From Trueperaceae bacterium (lineage in GTDB: Bacteria > Deinococcota > Deinococci > Deinococcales > Trueperaceae), in NCBI GenBank assembly GCA_034521815.1, contig JAXHLW010000013.1:1600001-1664000 (forward strand): a stretch of DNA of 64,000 nucleotides, in the 5' to 3' direction. The notes below the pieces were generated by a model. The model did not search any database. It was given only the letters and a program-made list of their open reading frames with translations, and was not told the DNA's origin. The position numbers and the translations under genes were made by a program. How positions within the stretch are numbered: position 1 is the stretch's first letter; each line of letters begins with the position of its first letter. Of the stretch, positions 1-10,044 are shown one piece after another.

Positions 1-176
1 GAGAGGCCGCGGCGCTTGAGCACGTCTTCGAGCGAGACGTCCTTGAGGGGCGCCTGCGCCTCGAGGCGATCGAGGTTGGCGTCGGCCTCCGCGGCCAACA
101 TCTCATAGTGCTCCAGGGTTCTCCGGTCGAGATTCGCCTGGGCGTCGGGGTCGTGCTTCCTCGGTGTTTGCGTCAT
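1..176 (-). CDS. 5' part of a gene running off the window edge; possibly the N-terminus (pre-Tat-motif) of a [NiFe]-hydrogenase small subunit
   Basis: ATG at 176 with GAGGAGGA RBS upstream. Translates MTQTPRKHDPDAQANLDRRTLEHYEMLAAEADANLDRLEAQAPLKDVSLEDVLKRRGL(S). Product guessed only from recalled resemblance to extended hydrogenase leaders preceding SRRxFxK. Confidence 0.45.
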   Translation of the reverse strand, partial: MTQTPRKHDPDAQANLDRRTLEHYEMLAAEADANLDRLEAQAPLKDVSLEDVLKRRGL

Positions 177-593
177 GCGCTCCTCCTCGCGCTGTCCGTC
201 CCCGACGTTTCGCCGAGGCGACCGAGGGGCTCCCCGGTCCACGATCACGGTCTAGGCTGCGGAACTCCTGCGTCGATCTCGGGTCTTCGCCGTCAGGTGA
301 GTGCGGCAACCTCGCTTACGTGATGCGACGAAAGTAGCAGCCGGAGGCGTCGCCGTCGCGGGACATCGGTCCTTTGCCCTCGTGAAGAGTTCCTCGGACG
401 GCTGCCGGCTTCCACGTGACGTCGACGCGAACGGAGGCCGTCGCCATCGGCCTGAGCGCTCCTCGTCACGGCGCCGCTGAGCGCCGGCGTTCGCGGACGC
501 TCGGCGGCGAAGCGCCACGGGGGTACACTGCGTGCCTGCCGTGGCTCGTACGCCTAGGGGCATGTCGCCTCGCCGCCCGAGAAAGCGATTCGC

Positions 594-1981
594 TTGAACA
601 CGCTGCATCGACTCCGTTCCGGCGCACGCCGCACCTACTTCGGTGGTGGATCGTGGCCGGATCGATCGGGATTCAGGTTCTCGCCGCGGGCCTGGTGATG
701 CAGGCGTTCGGAACGTACGTCGCGGTCTGGCAGGCCGAGTTCGGCTGGAGCAAGACCGCCTTCGCCGCCGCGTTCGCGCTGCAGCGAGGTTTGATGGCGT
801 TGCTCAGCCCGGTGCAGGGCTGGCTGCTCCAGCGGCTCGGACCGCGCACCGTGATCCAGGCCGGCCTGGTGATCCTCGCCATCGGCTTCGTCCTGCTCAG
901 TCGGTTCCAGACCCAGGCCGGCTTCTACGCCGCGTTCATGGTCATGGCCCTCGGCGTCGGGATGAGCGGGTTCCTGTCGTTGACCTCGACGATCGTGAAC
1001 TGGTTCGAGCGACGCCGGTCGTCCGCCCTGGCGTTGATGCAGCTGGGCATCAGCCTAGGCGGGCTGATGGTGCCCGCCGTCGCTTGGCTGCTGACGACGC
1101 AAGGCTGGCGAGCGACCGCGCTCATCTCGGCGGGTGCGGTGCTGGCGTTCGGCCTGCCGCTCAGCGCGCTGATGCGCAGCACGCCCGAGGCGTACGGAAT
1201 GCGTCTCGACGGCGATCCGCCACGCACCCCCGCCGCGATCGATCCCACGGCAGCCATGGCGGACGATGAAGAGGACGCCAGCACCCGCAAGGACGCGGCC
1301 CGTTACGAGCCGGGCGCCGCGGCCAGCGGCGCCGACAGCGATCCGGCCCCGGCAGCGGGGCACGACTTCGGTGCGCGCGAGGCCATCCGTACCCGCGCGT
1401 TCTGGTTCATCACGGCCGGCCACGCGATCGCGGTCACCCTGGTCGCCACCGTCACGGTCCACCTCGTCGTGCATCTCAACGAGGGCCTGGGCCTGTCGAT
1501 CCAGACCGCCGCCACCATCGTCGCCCTCATGACCGGCGCCATGATGGTCGGCCAGCTGGTCGGCGGCGTCCTCGGCGACCGCTTCCCGAAGCGCGTGATC
1601 GCGACCGTCGCGATGCTGGCGCACGCCGTCGCGCTGGTCGTCGTCGCCCTCGCCCCGTCGCTGCCGTGGGTGGTGTTCTTCGCTGTTCTCCACGGCGTCG
1701 CCTGGGGCATGCGAGGCCCGATCATGCAGGCGCTGCGGGCGGACTACTTCGGGCGCAGCTCGTTCGCGACGATCATGGGCATCAGCTTCTCGTTCGTGAT
1801 GCTGGGACAGATGGCCGGTCCGCTGATCGCCGGAGCCCTGGCCGACGCGCTGGGCGACTACCGGCTGGCGTTCTTCGGCCTCGCGGCGCTGGTCGCCCTG
1901 GGCTCGCTGTTCTTCGTGTTCGCAGCGCCGCCCCCCGGGTCGCGGGCCACACCCGCGCCTCCGAAAGCATCGACGCGATGA
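594..1981 (+). CDS. MFS transporter with an apparent 1-nt deletion at ~642
   Basis: Many TM helices and MFS-like loops (GWLLQRLGPR, GVLGDRFPKR). TTG at 594 reads ...RRTYFG, then the frame shifts to WWIVAG, restoring a typical YFGWWIV start. Confidence 0.85.
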
Positions 1982-2118
1982 TTCGCGCCCGGCGTGGGCC
2001 GTGCCCAGCAGCCAGGCGTTGATCGGCGATCCGAGCAGAGTCGCGGCGAAGAGTGCGCAGGTCCGCCCGACGTCGTGACCGACGCCGGGCGAAGAACGGC
2101 TCGTCGCCGACGTCGAGC

Positions 2119-2913
2119 TCAGCCGCCAGCGGCCACCTCGAGCACCGGATTCCGCCAGTCCCATTCGGCCGGGTCCAGATCGCCCACCCCGAGGATTCCG
2201 CCGTGCAACGCGACGTGACCCTCCGCGCCTTCCAGTGCGCGCGCTCCGGCGCTGCCGCACGGAGGACCGGGGATCTGGTCGCACCGTTCCGTGTTCGCCT
2301 CGCTGCCGGCGTCGAACACGCGGACCACCGCGTCGTGCGGTGGCGGAGCGGCGCCCATCGCGTCCATTGCGTCCATGCCGCCCATCGCGCTCGGGTCGTC
2401 CATCGACGTCGCGCCGTCGGCGGTCATGGCGTCGTCCGCCATCGTCATGCTCATCGGATCCAGCTCGCGAGCGTCTCCGGTCCAGACCAGGAAGGCGTCG
2501 TTCGTGGTCACCAGCATGCCCAGGACGGTCAGGTAGGGCTGCTCCTCCGACGTCTCGACCTCGAGCGTGACGCTCTGGCCCGGTGGCAGCGGTCCATCGG
2601 CGATCACGACCGCCGCGACGGCCGGATCGAGCCGCGTGATCGCGGCCAGCTCCGACGCGTCGCCGTCCTCGGCCAGCCGCGCCAGCTCGGGCGTGGCCTC
2701 GCCGCCGATCAGGAACGGCGCGTAGTCGGCATCGTGGGCGATCAGGAGCGGAGGCGAGATCACCTGCGGCGACGTGTTCGTGAGCGTGACGCGGACGGTG
2801 CTCGTCTCGCCCATGCCCTGGGCCAGCGCGGCACCGACCCCCAGCATCGTCGCGAGCGAGAGAGCGAGCGCGAGCAGCGCCTTGCGGGTCGTGACGTTCG
2901 GGTGCGTGGTCAT
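2119..2913 (-). CDS. Secreted spondin_N domain protein with a Met/Asp-rich insert
   Basis: Signal peptide (ALA-Q). Motifs VTLTN..Q.ISPP..IAH, LAEDGD, MLVTTNDAF and DAGSEANTE are typical of bacterial spondin domains. RBS AAAGGAG. Confidence 0.8.
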   Translation of the reverse strand: MTTHPNVTTRKALLALALSLATMLGVGAALAQGMGETSTVRVTLTNTSPQVISPPLLIAHDADYAPFLIGGEATPELARLAEDGDASELAAITRLDPAVAAVVIADGPLPPGQSVTLEVETSEEQPYLTVLGMLVTTNDAFLVWTGDARELDPMSMTMADDAMTADGATSMDDPSAMGGMDAMDAMGAAPPPHDAVVRVFDAGSEANTERCDQIPGPPCGSAGARALEGAEGHVALHGGILGVGDLDPAEWDWRNPVLEVAAGG

Positions 2914-2985
2914 GTGCGATCTCCTTTCGAGAACCACGCTAGGGCGCACATGCTCACGAGCGCATCGCGAACCTTCCCGAGACGA

Positions 2986-4593
2986 TCACGCCAAGGGCGT
3001 CTCCGGCCCTTCGGGACCCGCGAGCGGAAGCTCGATGCGGACGTGGGTGCCACGTCCGAGCTCGCTGCGCAGGTGGATCTCGCCGCCGTGGAGCTCGACG
3101 ATCCGGCGGGCGATCGCCAGGCCCAGCCCCGCTCCGTGGCCGCCTCGCTCGGGCGCGACCTGATGGAAACGGTCGAACACCCGGGCGACGTGGGCGTCCG
3201 GGATCCCTTCGCCGGTGTCCTCGACAGCGATTCGTAGCCGCTCGCGGGTCGCGTCGATGCGCACGTCGACGCGCCCCCCTCGCGGGGTATGCCTGATCGC
3301 GTTGTCCAGAAGATTCGACAGCGCCCGCTCGACCTGCCCGACGTCGGCAGAGAGGAGCGGGAGCTGGCCGGGCGGCGCGACGTGCAACGACACGCCCCGA
3401 CCCTGGGCACGGTCGGCGAACTTCGCGACCACGTCGTGCACCAGCTCGGCCACCGCGAACGGCTCGGTCCGCAGCGCCGGCGCGCTTCCGTCGATGCGCG
3501 CGAGGTCGAACAGGCTCTCGGTCAGGCGTTCGAGCCGGTCGGCGTTTCGCCGCGCCGTCTGGAGCAGCCGGTCGGCGTCCTCCGTCCGTCCAGCGCGCGC
3601 AGCGTCGGCCGACGCTTCCAGCGCGCCTTGCAGCGCCGTGAGCGGCGTGCGGAGATCGTGCGACACGTTCACCACCAGCTCGCGCCGCACGGCGTCCGCA
3701 CGCTCGAGCTCCTCGACCTGGGCGCGGACGCGCGCGGCGAGATCCCGAAACGCGCGCGAGAGCTCTTCGATCTCGTCACCGCGGCGCGCGTGGCCGGCGC
3801 GCTGCGGCTGTCCGCCTCGGCGGGCGCGCCCCTGGCGTGGGCGGCGGGCGCCGCCCGGACCGCTCCCAGCCGAGCCGGTCGACGCGGCGACGCTCGATGG
3901 GGCGACGCCCGATGGGGCGACGCCCGATGCGGTATCGGACGCCGCGAACGCCCTGACCTCGCGGCTCAGCGCCCGGAGGCGGCGGGTGAGCAGCGAGAAC
4001 GCCACGGCGGCGATCCCCAGCAGCGTCACGAGGCCCAGGCCGCCCGCCCACGACACCAGCGCCAGGCTTGTGCTGGTCCGGACGCTGCGGGCCAGCGACG
4101 CCCGCGTCTCGTCGGTGAGCACCACGTACATCCAGCCGCCCTCGGGCAGCGAGGCCGCCGAGAACACGGTCGTGCCGCCCCGGCGCGGATCGGTGCCCAG
4201 GAGGGGAAACGCGTCACCGCCCTCCTCCGTCGCGCGCACGAACGCCCGAACCGGCGCGAGGTCGACGGCCGTCCGGGCCAGCGTGACCTCGGGCGGAGCG
4301 TGAAGCACGCCGCCGTCCGGACCCAGCAGGTAGATCTCGACGCCGGGGTGCGCCATGGCCAGCATCTTGACCAGGTCGTCCATCGCCGCCTCGGATGCCA
4401 GCGGCGCAGGCTCCGCGTCGGCCCGGAGCTCGGCGATCAGATTGCGCGCCAGCCCCGCGTCGGTCCGCTGGGTGATCTCCTGGTGGTAGGCGCGCGCGCC
4501 GCGCAGCGACGCGCCGATCCAGATGGCGCCCGCCGGCACCAGGATCACCGCCAGCAGCACGGTCAGCCGGACGTGCAGGGCGCCCGGCCTCAC
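2986..4593 (-). CDS. HAMP-domain sensor histidine kinase
   Basis: Two TM segments, H-box VSHDLRTPL, N-box NLLDNA, G1 DTGEG, G2 GAGLGL. Confidence 0.93.
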   Translation of the reverse strand: MRPGALHVRLTVLLAVILVPAGAIWIGASLRGARAYHQEITQRTDAGLARNLIAELRADAEPAPLASEAAMDDLVKMLAMAHPGVEIYLLGPDGGVLHAPPEVTLARTAVDLAPVRAFVRATEEGGDAFPLLGTDPRRGGTTVFSAASLPEGGWMYVVLTDETRASLARSVRTSTSLALVSWAGGLGLVTLLGIAAVAFSLLTRRLRALSREVRAFAASDTASGVAPSGVAPSSVAASTGSAGSGPGGARRPRQGRARRGGQPQRAGHARRGDEIEELSRAFRDLAARVRAQVEELERADAVRRELVVNVSHDLRTPLTALQGALEASADAARAGRTEDADRLLQTARRNADRLERLTESLFDLARIDGSAPALRTEPFAVAELVHDVVAKFADRAQGRGVSLHVAPPGQLPLLSADVGQVERALSNLLDNAIRHTPRGGRVDVRIDATRERLRIAVEDTGEGIPDAHVARVFDRFHQVAPERGGHGAGLGLAIARRIVELHGGEIHLRSELGRGTHVRIELPLAGPEGPETPLA

Positions 4594-4603
4594 GACCCCG
4601 ACC

Positions 4604-5308
4604 TCACGAACGGACCGCCACCAGCTTGTAGCCGCGCCCCCACACGGTCAGCACCCGCTCAGGATTGGCTGGATCGTCCTCGATCTTCGCTCGGAGCCGG
4701 TTGATGTGCGAGTTCACGGTGTGCGCGAAGCCGTCGAATCCTGCGCCCCACACCCTATCGAGGAGCTCCTCGCGGGTGAACACCGCGCCCTCGTGGCGTG
4801 CGAGCACCAGCAGCAGGTCGAACTCGCGGCGCGTCAGGTGCGCGTCACGCCCCCGCACCGAGACGGCCTGGCCGGCCACGTCGATCCGGAGGTCGCCGCG
4901 CTCCAGGATCTCGCTCTCGCCCGGCGCGGCGCGGCTGGCCTCCCGGCGCCTGAGCAGCGCCTTGACGCGGGCCTGCAGCTCCCGGAGGCTGAACGGCTTG
5001 GTGACGTAGTCGTCCGCGCCCAGCTCCAAGCCCAGGACCCGGTCGATCTCGCCGGTACGGGCGGTCAGCATCACGATCAGGGCGTCCGGACGCTCCTCGC
5101 GCAGGCGGCGACACACCTCGAAGCCGTCGAGGCCCGGCAGCATCGCGTCCAGCACGACGACGTCGACGTCCGGGTCGCTGGCCGCGTCCAGACCGGCGAG
5201 CCCGTCGGCGTGCACCTCCACCTCGAACCCCGTGGCCGACAGGGCGTCCCGCACCAGGTCGGCGATGTCGGGATCGTCCTCGACGACGATCACGCGCGCG
5301 AGCGACAT
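4604..5308 (-). CDS. OmpR/PhoB family response regulator
   Basis: VVEDD, LDAMLPG, LGADDYVTKPF, winged helix TVWGRGY. Confidence 0.95.
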   Translation of the reverse strand: MSLARVIVVEDDPDIADLVRDALSATGFEVEVHADGLAGLDAASDPDVDVVVLDAMLPGLDGFEVCRRLREERPDALIVMLTARTGEIDRVLGLELGADDYVTKPFSLRELQARVKALLRRREASRAAPGESEILERGDLRIDVAGQAVSVRGRDAHLTRREFDLLLVLARHEGAVFTREELLDRVWGAGFDGFAHTVNSHINRLRAKIEDDPANPERVLTVWGRGYKLVAVRS

Positions 5309-5420
5309 GGAAGGAGTGTCGCACGACGCGGTTCACGCCGGCATCACGTCGCCGCCACCCGTGATCCGGGTGGCGGCGACGAGTGGGCGACGAGGTGAGC
5401 GACGATGTCGGGACGAACGG

Positions 5421-6938
5421 TCAGTTCAGAACGCTGTGGAGGAACTCGGCGGACTTGGTGAGGTTCTTCTTCGGCACGCCGTCGCTGTCGGTAACGGCGA
5501 AGCAGCTGGTCCGCGTGCCACTGGCGTAGCTCATGAGCGACGGACCGGTGGGACCGACCTCCCAGAAGCCGAAGATCGTGCAGCGGTGGCTGTCGTACGT
5601 CTCGGGACTACCGGCGGCGTTCGTCTGATGCGTCCCGCCCAGGATGTGTCCCGATTCGTGCATGAACACGAAACTGGTCCAGTCGGTGCTGCCGCCGCCG
5701 TAGCCCGACCAGCCGACCGCGTAGTCGTTGGGATCGCGGTGAACGGTGCTGATGTAAGCGCAGCCGCCGCCGTACTGCTTGGTCCACCACATCCAGTACT
5801 CGTTCTCGGCGTTCGGGGTGGAGGTCGACAGCTGGCGGACCACGTCGACGAAGCTTCCCGACCCGCCGCACGTGTTCGACGGGTAGCTGATCTGGGTCTT
5901 GCCGTACTCCGTCAGGACCAGGTAGCCGGCGATCTCGGTCCGCATCAGCAGGCGGTTGTTGTCGACTGCGAGGTCGCTGGTCGAGGAGGGGACGTCGGAG
6001 CCGATGTTCGAGAACAGCAGGTACGCGTCCTGACGGTTGGCGGCCGCGTCGACCCGGTCGAACCAGTTGCTCACCAGCCAGGTGTCGGTGTCCGGGTCGT
6101 AGACGGTGGAGTCGGCGACCATCACGGGGTGGACGGTCTCGAACGGACTCGTCGCATGGACGTCGGCCGTGGTGTCGCGAACCGCATCGCCGTCCGCGTC
6201 GGCCGGTTCGCCGTGCGTATCGAGGCCGATGACCTCCGGCGCCGGGATCTCGCCGTGCTCGACGGGCGGCTGGTAGTCCTGCTGGCGATAGACGAGGTAG
6301 TTCGCGTCGCTGAGGGCGGCCAGCCGGCGCGCTTCGTCGGTGCCGACGTGGGGCTGGAGCAGCGAGTCGATCTTCTCGATCACCTGAACGGCCTCCGACT
6401 CGGGGTTTCCGTAGTACGCCCCTTCGAAGCCGTCGCCGACGAGGTTCAGGACCGACGGCTGGATTTCGGACTCGTTCAGCTCGTCGGGCGGCTGGTCGAC
6501 CATGAGCTCGATCTCCTCGAGGGTCATCTCGGGGATGCCGCGGAAGGTGCGACTGGGACCCTCGGGTTGGACGGGCGACATCTGGACCGCCTCGGGCAGC
6601 CCTTCGTTGAACAGGAACTCGCGTCGAACGTCGACGTGGTACGCGGTCCAGGTCTTCTCGCCGATGGAGCCGTCCGCCCTCAGGACCGGAAGGTCGACGT
6701 ACACGGGCCCTGCGGCACCGCTGCTGACGAGTCCTTCGAGCTCTTCGACGATCGGACCGTCGTCGACCTCGACCAGCTCGAAGCGCTCCATGGCGGGCAG
6801 GGCCTCTTCGATGGCGGATCGAAGCTCGGCGTCGGGCGCTTCCTGGGGCGTGCAGCTGGCCAGGACCGTGGCCAGCGCCAGCAGGACGATCGGTCCCGCC
6901 AACCCGAAACGTCGTGAACGGGTGCGTAGGATGGACAT
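5421..6938 (-). CDS. Lipoprotein zinc metalloprotease (metzincin, M12/reprolysin-like)
   Basis: Lipobox LASC, HESGHILGGTH (HExxHxxGxxH) and Met-turn SLMSY. Confidence 0.8.
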   Translation of the reverse strand: MSILRTRSRRFGLAGPIVLLALATVLASCTPQEAPDAELRSAIEEALPAMERFELVEVDDGPIVEELEGLVSSGAAGPVYVDLPVLRADGSIGEKTWTAYHVDVRREFLFNEGLPEAVQMSPVQPEGPSRTFRGIPEMTLEEIELMVDQPPDELNESEIQPSVLNLVGDGFEGAYYGNPESEAVQVIEKIDSLLQPHVGTDEARRLAALSDANYLVYRQQDYQPPVEHGEIPAPEVIGLDTHGEPADADGDAVRDTTADVHATSPFETVHPVMVADSTVYDPDTDTWLVSNWFDRVDAAANRQDAYLLFSNIGSDVPSSTSDLAVDNNRLLMRTEIAGYLVLTEYGKTQISYPSNTCGGSGSFVDVVRQLSTSTPNAENEYWMWWTKQYGGGCAYISTVHRDPNDYAVGWSGYGGGSTDWTSFVFMHESGHILGGTHQTNAAGSPETYDSHRCTIFGFWEVGPTGPSLMSYASGTRTSCFAVTDSDGVPKKNLTKSAEFLHSVLN

Positions 6939-7150
6939 GTAGGGTTCCTCTCCGCGAGGATCGGCGTGCAGGCTCGAGACGTGCGGGCTCGAGAAGGTGG
7001 GGACGAGCCCCGCATGGGCGACCGGAACGGGTGCGACGGCGCTCGTCAGCTCCCCAACGCGTCCTGCTCTTGCTTTCTACCGCACCATCCGAACCGTAGC
7101 ACACGACGAATCGCCCCGGGCGGCGCGGCCTCGGCCGAACGCAGCGCGAG

Positions 7151-8094
7151 TCAGCGCGCCGTAGCCTCCAGCACGTCGTGCGCCAGCCGGTGGGTCTCGA
7201 GCGCGTCCTCGATGTCGCAGTACAGACGCGAGCGGTCTCCTGTCCGCACGGCGTGCAGGAACGCACGGTTCTGTGCCACGAACGGATCGCCTTGGGTGCG
7301 CACCTCGCGCACGACGTGACCGTCGTCGTAGCGGACCGCGTCCTGGGTGACGACCACGTGCAGCCCGGTGCACACCAGCTCCAGCCGGATCCAGGAACGC
7401 CCGCCCAGCGCGCAGGTCGCGGTGACCGTCCCCGGGATGCGCGCGGGGAACTCCAGCAGCGTCGCGGCGACGTCGGCGACGTCCGCGCCGGGCAGCAACG
7501 GAACCTCGGGAGTCGCGCTCCGGGCGGCGACGACGTCCGCCTCGCCGACCAGGTGGCGCGCCAGGTCCAGCAGGTGCGTCGCCTGCTCGACCATCTGGCC
7601 ACCGCTGCGCGCCTCTTTCGCCACCACGGGGGCGCGGGAATCGCGTCGTGCCATGCGCCCGTCACCATGCGGACGGGCGCCTCTGCGAGACGCTCACGCA
7701 GCTCCGGAAGGGTGTCCAGTGCACGCCAGTGGTAGCCGACGGCCACCAGCGCGCCGGCGTCCAGCGCCGCTCGGGCCAGCTCCTCGCCGGTGGCGCGGTC
7801 GGCCGACAACGGCTTCTCGAGCAGGTACGGCACCTCCGCGGCCAGCAGCGCCCGCTCGGCCGGTCCGTGTGCACCGGGTGGCACGGTGATCCAGGCGGCG
7901 TCGGGCCGCTCGCGGTCCACGAGCTCGGCGACGTCGTCGTAGGCACGGCCGCCGAACAGCGTGGCGTGGCGCTGGGCGGACGCGCGCGTCCGAGCGACGT
8001 GCCCGCCGATCTCGACGCCCTCCTCCCGGGCCAGCACCTCGAGGTGGCGCCGGGCGATTCCGCCGGCTCCGATCATCACGACACGGGTCGTCAT
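7151..8094 (-). pseudogene. Gfo/Idh/MocA oxidoreductase, frameshifted at ~7617 (pseudogene or sequencing error)
   Basis: IGAGGIARRH and LLEKP in one frame, SGGQMVEQATH in the next. Join PWWR|K-EARSGG needs one extra base. Confidence 0.85.
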
Positions 8095-8348
8095 CGTTCG
8101 CCTCCGTTCGGCAGGTGGGGCGCCTCGTCGGACGCCGCCTCGGTGGCCAGGACCACCTGGAGCGCCGCGTCCGGCGCCTCGTCCAGAAGGCGGAACGCCT
8201 CTGACGCATCGTCGAACGGCAGCACGCGGCTGACCAGGCCGGACAGGTCCAGCGTACCGTCCGCTTGGAGATCCATGATCGTGGCGATCAGCCGGGCGTG
8301 CTCGATCACGACCTGGCGAGGAGCTTCGGTGGTGACGATACCGGCCAT
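8091..8348 (-). pseudogene. Remnant of a zinc-binding (MDR) dehydrogenase with a large internal deletion
   Basis: 85 aa: MDR-like N-terminus (TEAPRQVVIE) fused directly to an MDR-like C-terminus (LVSRVLPFDDASEAFRLLDEAPDAALQVVL). RBS GGAGG. Stop overlaps the Gfo start. Confidence 0.65.
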
Positions 8349-8430
8349 GGTGCCTCCGGAGGGGTCGTCGGACGCGCCGACCCGACGGCGCGTCCGACGA
8401 CGGTCGCTCCAGGTTAGCGCCGCACGCTGC

Positions 8431-9165
8431 TCAGCGTTCCGGCTCGCCGGCCGCGACGACCGCCCGAACCGCCGGCTCCACGGGCCGGCCCAGGCCCTCT
8501 TCGCTGTGCACCACGACGCCGCCCCCGTCCAGCACGCTGATCAGGTTGGTGTGGCTGAACATGCCGTTCCCGGCCGGCCGGTAGCGTACGCCCAGCAGCG
8601 CGGCGAGGGCGCGGGTGGCGTGAGCGTCGCCGACCGCGAACCGCCAGGCAGGATGCTCGGTGCCGGTCGAGGCGACGTAGCTCGCGAGGCGCTCGGGGGC
8701 GTCGCGCTCGTGGTCGAAGCTGACGACGAGCACCTGCGTGTCGGCGCGCGCTGCGTCCGGCAGCGCCTCGTACAGGCGCTGGACGTCGCCGACCAGGATG
8801 GGGCAGGCGGTCTCGCAGCTCGCGTAGATCATCGTCACGATCACCGGTCCACCGCGCAGGTCCTCGAGCCGTAGCGCCTCGCCGCGATGATCGGTCCAGT
8901 CGGCGTCCAGGTGGTAGAGCGAGGCCCCCGGAAGCGGCGCGTCGCTGGACAGCGCGGTCGGATGGTCGACGTGCGCAGGCGCGGGATCGTCGACGTGGAG
9001 GAGCTCGGCGGGGGCCACTCGCGCATCGTCAGCACTGGACGGGCCGCAGCCCCAGGTCCAGGCGAGGGCGATCAGCAGCGCCAGCGCGCGCACGATCGTG
9101 TGTCGGGAACGGCGGGTCGGGGTCGGCATGGGGATCTCCTCGGAGTTGGACGGGGTGGGCGTCAA
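8431..9165 (-). CDS. SCO1/SenC family copper chaperone
   Basis: CETAC (CxxxC), downstream FSHT, thioredoxin-like pattern. Alternative start at 9129. Confidence 0.9.
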   Translation of the reverse strand: MTPTPSNSEEIPMPTPTRRSRHTIVRALALLIALAWTWGCGPSSADDARVAPAELLHVDDPAPAHVDHPTALSSDAPLPGASLYHLDADWTDHRGEALRLEDLRGGPVIVTMIYASCETACPILVGDVQRLYEALPDAARADTQVLVVSFDHERDAPERLASYVASTGTEHPAWRFAVGDAHATRALAALLGVRYRPAGNGMFSHTNLISVLDGGGVVVHSEEGLGRPVEPAVRAVVAAGEPER

Positions 9166-9974
9166 CGGGCGCAGCGGAACCCGACCGACCCGGTCACCGA
9201 CGCGGGGCCTAGGGCCGTGCGAACGGCGTGACGGAGGAAGGCGGGGTAATCGTCGCGATCACGTGCGCCCAGGCTGGCTCCGCCGCAGACGCGGGCGACG
9301 TCGCGGTCGCCGATGTTGCGGCTGTCGCCCTGGACGATGCCGCTCCACGGATCCTCGACCCATTCCCAGACGAGCCCGTGCAGATCGTGCACGCCGTAGA
9401 GGTTCGGCGCTGCCCGGCCCACGCGGGGCGGCGCGGCGTTCCTGCGGGCGTACGCCGCGAGACGCTCGGCCTGGACGACCGGATCGTCGCTGGCGTCGGC
9501 ACGGTCGACGCCTGCGCGGGCGGCGACCTCCCATTCGTCCTCGCTGGGGAGGCGCAGGCCCCGGGCGTCGCAGTAGGCTCCGGCCGCGAACCAGCTGACG
9601 TTCGTGACCGCGGCGTCGGCGGGCGTGTCGCCCAGATCGGTGGGGCCGGCCCAGTGCGCCAGGTAGCCGGGGTCGGCGAAGATCTCGGGCGGCGCGCCCT
9701 TGGCCCAGTCGGGATGGTCGCGGACGAAGGCGAGGTAGTCCGCGTTCGTGACCGGCACCACCGCGATCTCGAACGCCGGCACCTCGTGCGGGCCTTCGCC
9801 GGCGACCGGGTAGAACGGCGCGTAGGTCGTCGCAGGGACGGAGGCGAGCGGCTGGCTGAACGCGGCGCCCACCAGCAGGGCGGACAGGAGGAAGAGGACG
9901 CGCGCCAGGCCGGCTGGCGCGCGGTCGGCGGGCGTTGCGGCAGGGGCGTGCGCATGGCGGGGGGCCGGGGTCAT
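9162..9974 (-). CDS. Formylglycine-generating enzyme (FGE-sulfatase) family protein, NirV-like
   Basis: PVTNADY, NVSWFAA.AYC, RLPSEDEWE, PNLYGVHDLHGLVWEW, GFRCAR. Directly downstream of nirK. Confidence 0.9.
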   Translation of the reverse strand: MTPAPRHAHAPAATPADRAPAGLARVLFLLSALLVGAAFSQPLASVPATTYAPFYPVAGEGPHEVPAFEIAVVPVTNADYLAFVRDHPDWAKGAPPEIFADPGYLAHWAGPTDLGDTPADAAVTNVSWFAAGAYCDARGLRLPSEDEWEVAARAGVDRADASDDPVVQAERLAAYARRNAAPPRVGRAAPNLYGVHDLHGLVWEWVEDPWSGIVQGDSRNIGDRDVARVCGGASLGARDRDDYPAFLRHAVRTALGPASVTGSVGFRCAR

Positions 9975-10044
9975 GGCGGGCGTCTCCTCTCCTGCGAGAT
10001 CGCGGTCCGGGCACGCTGGGCACCCGGACCGCGGGAGCGAACGA

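Noticed and set aside
5608-8094. 828-aa Gfo fusion ORF
   Set aside because: Read-through in a shadow frame after the frameshift at ~7617; the remainder is Arg/Pro-rich nonsense overlapping the protease gene.
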